64,000 bases of DNA from a virus. Position 1 is the first letter of the stretch. Each line of letters starts with the position of its first letter. The DNA lies in the IMG/VR virus record IMGVR_UViG_3300031227_000023, positions 1 to 64,000 of that record; one strand, written 5' to 3'. The notes under the pieces are model-generated. The model had not been told where the DNA came from. It ran no database searches and saw only the letters and a list, made by a program, of their open reading frames with translations. The position numbers were made by a program, and so were the translations under genes. Below, one piece after another: positions 59,828 through 64,000 of the stretch.

Positions 59828-60523
59828 TCAGTCCTTCTTGACCGGTTCCGGGGTGGAAAGATCACCGGACCAATCCGTGGTGTCACTCTTTTCCACGCCT
59901 TCCTTGGCGGGTTCACCACCCGCGCCGGTGTCCGTGGCGGGATCGGTGGTGGCCGGATCGGTGGTGGAATTGGCCGGGTCAGTGGTGCCTTCCTTTTCCA
60001 AGGCATCCATACGCTTCTTCAACTCCGCGTTTTCCGCGTGCAGCTTGGCCACTTCAGCACTGTCGCCCGGTGCAGCGTACTGATCGGCCAACGCCATGGC
60101 AGCCTTGGCAAACTCACCCAGTGCAGACGCGGCTGATTCATCAACCTTGCCCACTTCGGTGACATGCGCGGAAATCCGCATGGCGGTTTCACCCAAGCCC
60201 ATCAGCATGCCTTCCACGGTGGCATCCTTGCGGATCACATCATGCTGCTTGGCCACGGCACCCGCCATCACGGCAGTGGCCTTCAGCACCGGCAGCATGT
60301 CTTCAGGCATCTTGCCGTCTTCACCAATCTTGCCGATCAGATCGGCAGCCGATTTGGCCACGAACGCGGTCTGCTGCATGGTGTCCGAACCTTCCAGCCC
60401 GGCATCTTTCAGCAACGCGGTTGCTGTTTCGCTGAATTCTGTGGCCAGTTCCGGGGTGATCGTGGCACCATCCACCTTCAGGGCTTCACCGACTTTGGCC
60501 ATTTTTTCGAGCAAGAGTTTCAT
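59828..60523 (-). CDS. Helical scaffold-like protein with TTDPA repeats
   Basis: Ala/Glu/Lys-rich coiled coil; ends in WSGDLS, like WPVDLS in 56413-57153. Confidence 0.6.
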   Translation of the reverse strand: MKLLLEKMAKVGEALKVDGATITPELATEFSETATALLKDAGLEGSDTMQQTAFVAKSAADLIGKIGEDGKMPEDMLPVLKATAVMAGAVAKQHDVIRKDATVEGMLMGLGETAMRISAHVTEVGKVDESAASALGEFAKAAMALADQYAAPGDSAEVAKLHAENAELKKRMDALEKEGTTDPANSTTDPATTDPATDTGAGGEPAKEGVEKSDTTDWSGDLSTPEPVKKD

Positions 60524-60525
60524 GA

Positions 60526-60906
60526 TTATTCCCTTTCATCGTTATCCAAAAAGCCATCAGGCATCATTTCAGCTTGCCCTTTTTCCCCTGCCCACATTCT
60601 ATCGCGGACGGGTTCAAATGGCTTGCCATCTAATTCACTTTGCAACGCCTTTGGTAAATTGTCTATTATTCTACGCACGGACCACCCGTGATCACCGCGC
60701 AGCTTTTCAAACACATCAGTGCAAATCCGCACCCGATTCTTCACGTGCACCCCGTTGTCATTGCACACGATCCGTGGGGGGTTCGTCCTGAATGACTGCG
60801 ACACCGCAACAATAAAACCCCTGGAAACCAACGCCACCTGCTTCTGATCTTCCAGCTTGAATTTCTGAACCAACGCATTAACAAATTCCATCCCTTGACT
60901 TCCCAT
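60526..60906 (-). CDS. Hypothetical protein
   Basis: ORF in the head operon; start after AAGGAAAG. Confidence 0.6.
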   Translation of the reverse strand: MGSQGMEFVNALVQKFKLEDQKQVALVSRGFIVAVSQSFRTNPPRIVCNDNGVHVKNRVRICTDVFEKLRGDHGWSVRRIIDNLPKALQSELDGKPFEPVRDRMWAGEKGQAEMMPDGFLDNDERE

Positions 60907-60931
60907 TGATCTTTCCTTTTTCCAGCTTTGA

Positions 60932-61291
60932 TTATTCGACCCGTTCGAAATCCCACCCAAGTTCATCTTCAAGAATTGCAGGATGCACGCCAACCCCGTA
61001 GTACTCCATGTACCACCCATTGGTCACAACCACAAGATGCGCCAACGATGCAGCAACCACATCAGGATCTTCAACCATCGAAAATGGAACCTGATCTTGT
61101 GTGCCAATCGGTGGGTCTGCATCAATCACATCCTTCACCTGCACCGCAATCGTTTCCCCGCCTTCCACAATGACATCATCCCCTTCAACGTAGAAAAAGA
61201 CAGCCGTGCTGCCATCAATTTCAACCTGCCAATATTCACCCTGTGGCACCCCGCCTGAATGTTCCCTGAATTCAATCTTGACCTTTGCCAT
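60932..61291 (-). CDS. Small acidic protein, candidate immunity protein for the MuF C-terminal domain
   Basis: 119 aa, very acidic, starts 10 nt after the muF stop. Confidence 0.55.
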   Translation of the reverse strand: MAKVKIEFREHSGGVPQGEYWQVEIDGSTAVFFYVEGDDVIVEGGETIAVQVKDVIDADPPIGTQDQVPFSMVEDPDVVAASLAHLVVVTNGWYMEYYGVGVHPAILEDELGWDFERVE

Positions 61292-61300
61292 TGGTCTTCC

Positions 61301-64000
61301 TTACTTGTACGCGCCGGTGTTAATTGATCCCAGCACACGCGTGAAATGGTCAACGTCTTGCATCACCTTCCCCGCAGACTTCCCATCAAAATATTCCATG
61401 CCCATGGATGTCACTTCTGTTGCATCCAAATCCTTCACGCTTCCACCACGTGGCGTTTTCACAGTCCCTTCCCTGTAATACAACCTACCAACATAGTGGT
61501 CTGTGAATTCAGGATTACCCCGTTCGACTTTCACAACAATTTCATTCAACTTATATGCTTTGTTTCTTGTCAAATAACGCAGCGGGGTTTCCCCTCCTAC
61601 AAATCCATCAGCATCTACTTTGGCGCGCTGCCACAGGAACCACTGCCCATTCTTCAGTGAATCAGAATTGAGTTCATCAAAATGATGTCCATATTCGTGC
61701 AGGAACTTGCGCCGTACTTCTTCCTTTGACCACTCCGCATATTTCCGAACACGCACGTTTTTTGTTCCAATTGAAATAAACGCACGTTCATCAACCCCCT
61801 GGCTTGCTATTGATTTTGCAGACTCATAGAACGCCCCGCTTTTTGTTGGATCAACATCAACCCTGACAGCAGGCAACCGGCCACGAACAACACCACGACC
61901 GTACCGCGTCACATAATCATAAATCGCACACCCTTCTTCAATCCCATCACGAACAGGCTTTGGAATTTTTGACCATTGTGCATAAGCCCCGGCATCATCC
62001 AAAAACTGTGCTTTGATCCTGCCAAACAGCCGGGCTTGTTCAGGTATCGTTTCAACATACGCAAGGGATTTTTCTGCAATCTCACCAGCAACCTTGTGGT
62101 GCGCGACACTATCTAGTGCAAGAGTTCCGGAGGATTCCTTTCTAATCAAATCCTTCAATACCCACTCCCCACGCTTTCTGATCTGATCCACCCTGCCACT
62201 TTTCCTTGCCGACCCCCAACGCGCATCAACAGCCGGTGGCCTTGTACTTGACAACGGGCCAAGCACTTCATCACCACGCAAGCCTTCTTCAGGAACCAAC
62301 TGCCATGGCTGTTCATGCGGCTTCAACGGTGCAGGTACAGCAGGCTTGGGCACAGCAGCGGCAGTCCTGGCAGCAGCCGCACCCCCTGCCCATGGACCCA
62401 ACCCACCGGGCACCGCAGTCTGTATGGCCTTCTGATTGTAAATAACAGTGGTCCTGCATAGCGGGTGGTACGGTGGCAAACTCATGCCCAAATCACGCAT
62501 TTCCTTCACGGTGGAATACTGCGAAGCATACTTGCCCGCATCCCATGTTCCCGCACCCGGCTTTGTGACAGTCATGATACTGTTGAACTGCCCCTGTTTA
62601 TTCATCACCCCCCAGTCAGCACCCCGCCTGCGCACCCATGGCATTTCAAATTTAATATCTTCAGGATCAGCCAAGTTGTCAGTTGACGTTTGGTGTTCAT
62701 GCGCAACCTCAACATCTATTACTTTACCATGGATGTACCGGCAATTATGAACAACAACCCCTTCTGCAATGTATGTTGGGTCATCTTCCACTTCAAGGTT
62801 GTACACGTAACATGCACGCCGCACCTTGCGAACGGCAACAACCTTTTCTAGCCTAGTGCCCCTGCAATACTCTTCAACACTACGTTCTCCGGATTCCCTT
62901 GATTCAATTGCTCGCCCGTAATCCTGATCAGTTTCCACCCCATGCCTGCAATTGCTTGTTCTTTTCTTTCCGTCGCATCCTCCCTGAACCCTTCCCTGTG
63001 CCAATACTCCCCGTCCACCTCGATTGCGAGACCGTGCTCCGGTAGAAAGAAATCTACATTGAATCGGTCGACGGGCTTCTCTAGCTCGTAATTGATTCGA
63101 TTCTTTTCCAACACTTCCGCAACGATTTCTTCCAACCCCGTTGCCCCCTTCCCAATCAAAAGGCATCTGCGCGAACAATGCTGCCTCTTGACCACTTCCG
63201 ATTTCTTGATAACAAACTTTTTCCCGCACTCCTCGCACGTTATCGTTTCCCTTTGATCCTTCCACCGGCATGCCCGTGAACACGTAGTGCGGGTTTTCCC
63301 GGAAAAAAATTCCACTGGCTTTATTCTGAACTCCCCCCCACATACAACGCACCGCTTCACCAACAATGCCGGATTCAACCCCTTCCTTCCAGCTTCCACC
63401 CTGCACTGATCCGAACAATGCTTCATCTGCCCCCGTTTCACATAACACTGCCTTGCCGTGAATGCCTTGCCGCACCATTGACAAACCATTTCCACATTGT
63501 TCATCCGATATTTGTTGTAACAATCCGTGCCGCAATACTGAGCCCTGTTCCCCACCGCTTGAAACGTCTTTCCGCAACCCTTGCATTTCTTCTCTATAGA
63601 CAAGGCTGTCTCCTTTCCGCAATTCTCCAATAGGTCTCCATCCATCTGCGGTAAGGATACGATGTTTTTTTGTTGCAATCAAATGATTGCCGGACTGGAG
63701 TTGCACTTCAATCAACTCTTCATCAACAAATCTTTTCGATACAGCCAACACGTGCCTCAACACCCCTGATCCCGTCACGACAACATCACCCGCATCAATG
63801 CTGTCTATACGTTTTTCCCCTAACTCTGTTTTTACTTTTGTTTCGCCAGAAAAACACCATTCTGTGGTTCGTTCATCCATCACCGCATAGGCAATTACCT
63901 CTGTAATGCCCGCTTCCATGAAGCCGTGCAACTGCGCCCGTGAACGGGAACGCGCAACCAAGTTGTGCGCCACCACCGTCCAATAATTCTTCATCTGCTG
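61301..64000 (-). CDS. MuF/SPP1-gp7-like head morphogenesis protein (5'-truncated) with intein and C-terminal HExxH metallopeptidase-like domain
   Basis: After removing the intein: AVMDERTTEW-CRYIHGK...PPYHPLCRT MuF motifs; C-terminal LHEYGHH...EVTSMGME; frame is open to the window edge. Confidence 0.88.
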   Translation of the reverse strand, partial: QQMKNYWTVVAHNLVARSRSRAQLHGFMEAGITEVIAYAVMDERTTEWCFSGETKVKTELGEKRIDSIDAGDVVVTGSGVLRHVLAVSKRFVDEELIEVQLQSGNHLIATKKHRILTADGWRPIGELRKGDSLVYREEMQGLRKDVSSGGEQGSVLRHGLLQQISDEQCGNGLSMVRQGIHGKAVLCETGADEALFGSVQGGSWKEGVESGIVGEAVRCMWGGVQNKASGIFFRENPHYVFTGMPVEGSKGNDNVRGVREKVCYQEIGSGQEAALFAQMPFDWEGGNGVGRNRCGSVGKESNQLRAREARRPIQCRFLSTGARSRNRGGRGVLAQGRVQGGCDGKKRTSNCRHGVETDQDYGRAIESRESGERSVEEYCRGTRLEKVVAVRKVRRACYVYNLEVEDDPTYIAEGVVVHNCRYIHGKVIDVEVAHEHQTSTDNLADPEDIKFEMPWVRRRGADWGVMNKQGQFNSIMTVTKPGAGTWDAGKYASQYSTVKEMRDLGMSLPPYHPLCRTTVIYNQKAIQTAVPGGLGPWAGGAAAARTAAAVPKPAVPAPLKPHEQPWQLVPEEGLRGDEVLGPLSSTRPPAVDARWGSARKSGRVDQIRKRGEWVLKDLIRKESSGTLALDSVAHHKVAGEIAEKSLAYVETIPEQARLFGRIKAQFLDDAGAYAQWSKIPKPVRDGIEEGCAIYDYVTRYGRGVVRGRLPAVRVDVDPTKSGAFYESAKSIASQGVDERAFISIGTKNVRVRKYAEWSKEEVRRKFLHEYGHHFDELNSDSLKNGQWFLWQRAKVDADGFVGGETPLRYLTRNKAYKLNEIVVKVERGNPEFTDHYVGRLYYREGTVKTPRGGSVKDLDATEVTSMGMEYFDGKSAGKVMQDVDHFTRVLGSINTGAYK
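62848..63603 (-). CDS. Zinc-finger-repeat plus Vsr/DUF559-type putative homing endonuclease nested out of frame (+1) inside the intein
   Basis: Four CxxC...CxxxC repeats, then E...VDF......AIEVDGEYWH...GWKLIRI; TTG start 6 nt after AAAGGAG. Confidence 0.88.
   Translation of the reverse strand: MSIEKKCKGCGKTFQAVGNRAQYCGTDCYNKYRMNNVEMVCQWCGKAFTARQCYVKRGQMKHCSDQCRVEAGRKGLNPALLVKRCVVCGGEFRIKPVEFFSGKTRTTCSRACRWKDQRETITCEECGKKFVIKKSEVVKRQHCSRRCLLIGKGATGLEEIVAEVLEKNRINYELEKPVDRFNVDFFLPEHGLAIEVDGEYWHREGFREDATERKEQAIAGMGWKLIRITGEQLNQGNPENVVLKSIAGALG
63610..63616 (-). promoter_or_regulatory. Shine-Dalgarno site for the nested endonuclease
   Basis: AAAGGAG-ACAGCC-TTG on the minus strand, within the intein codons for K-G-D. 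Confidence 0.7.

Larger units (their letters stand above)
62744..63856 (-). mobile_element. Intein (371 aa) in the MuF gene
   Basis: Block A CFSGETKV, block B ATKKHRI, GW..IGELRKGD, block F VYNLEVED, block G YIAEGVVVHN followed by Cys+1. Confidence 0.95.
1..64000 (-). mobile_element. Contractile-tailed (myovirus-type) bacteriophage/prophage genome segment, incomplete at least at the right edge
   Basis: Co-oriented head, neck, sheath/tube, tape measure, baseplate, fibre, lysis and replication modules; no host housekeeping genes seen. Confidence 0.97.

Noticed and set aside
63665-63671. A7 run (ACA AAA AAA CAT) as a frameshift route fusing the intein N-terminus to the nested nuclease
   Set aside because: A canonical -1 slip leads to the wrong frame (the nuclease is +1), and an SD plus TTG start explains expression more simply; transcriptional slippage cannot be wholly excluded
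309-63906. Numerous plus-strand ORFs, some long (e.g. 56642-58048, 26145-27131, 39995-40960)
   Set aside because: All lie antisense to well-supported minus-strand genes and show no recognisable motifs; treated as shadow ORFs

Overview
The window is about 64 kb of a tailed dsDNA phage or prophage with a contractile (myovirus-type) tail. Essentially all real genes are on the minus strand; the plus-strand ORFs are antisense shadows. In transcription order (right to left) the modules are: (1) head module with a MuF/SPP1-gp7-like protein cut by the right edge, XkdF-type prohead protease and HK97-fold major capsid; (2) a cassette of one multi-domain glycosyltransferase plus two ParB-like/SAM-methyltransferase genes; (3) neck, sheath, tube, frameshifted chaperone, tape measure, baseplate and fibres; (4) lysis cassette; (5) an AT-rich control region; (6) recombination and replication genes (XRE regulator, PD-(D/E)XK exonuclease, Sak4-like ATPase, SSB, initiator, primase-helicase, SNF2 helicase-DNA methyltransferase fusion, RuvC-like, sigma-region-4 protein, DUF5131, ParB). 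No terminase, portal, integrase, tRNA or CRISPR array was seen. The most notable feature is a 371-aa intein in the MuF gene. Its splicing frame carries no recognisable nuclease, but a zinc-finger plus Vsr/DUF559-type endonuclease gene is nested in the +1 frame, exactly filling the endonuclease slot, with its Shine-Dalgarno site spelled by the intein's Lys-Gly-Asp codons. Also notable: a MuF C-terminal HExxH toxin-like domain with a candidate immunity gene, a possible virion-glycosylation cassette, and strong GAG/CTC depletion that exposes recently acquired segments. All family assignments come from motif recognition by eye; no searches were run.
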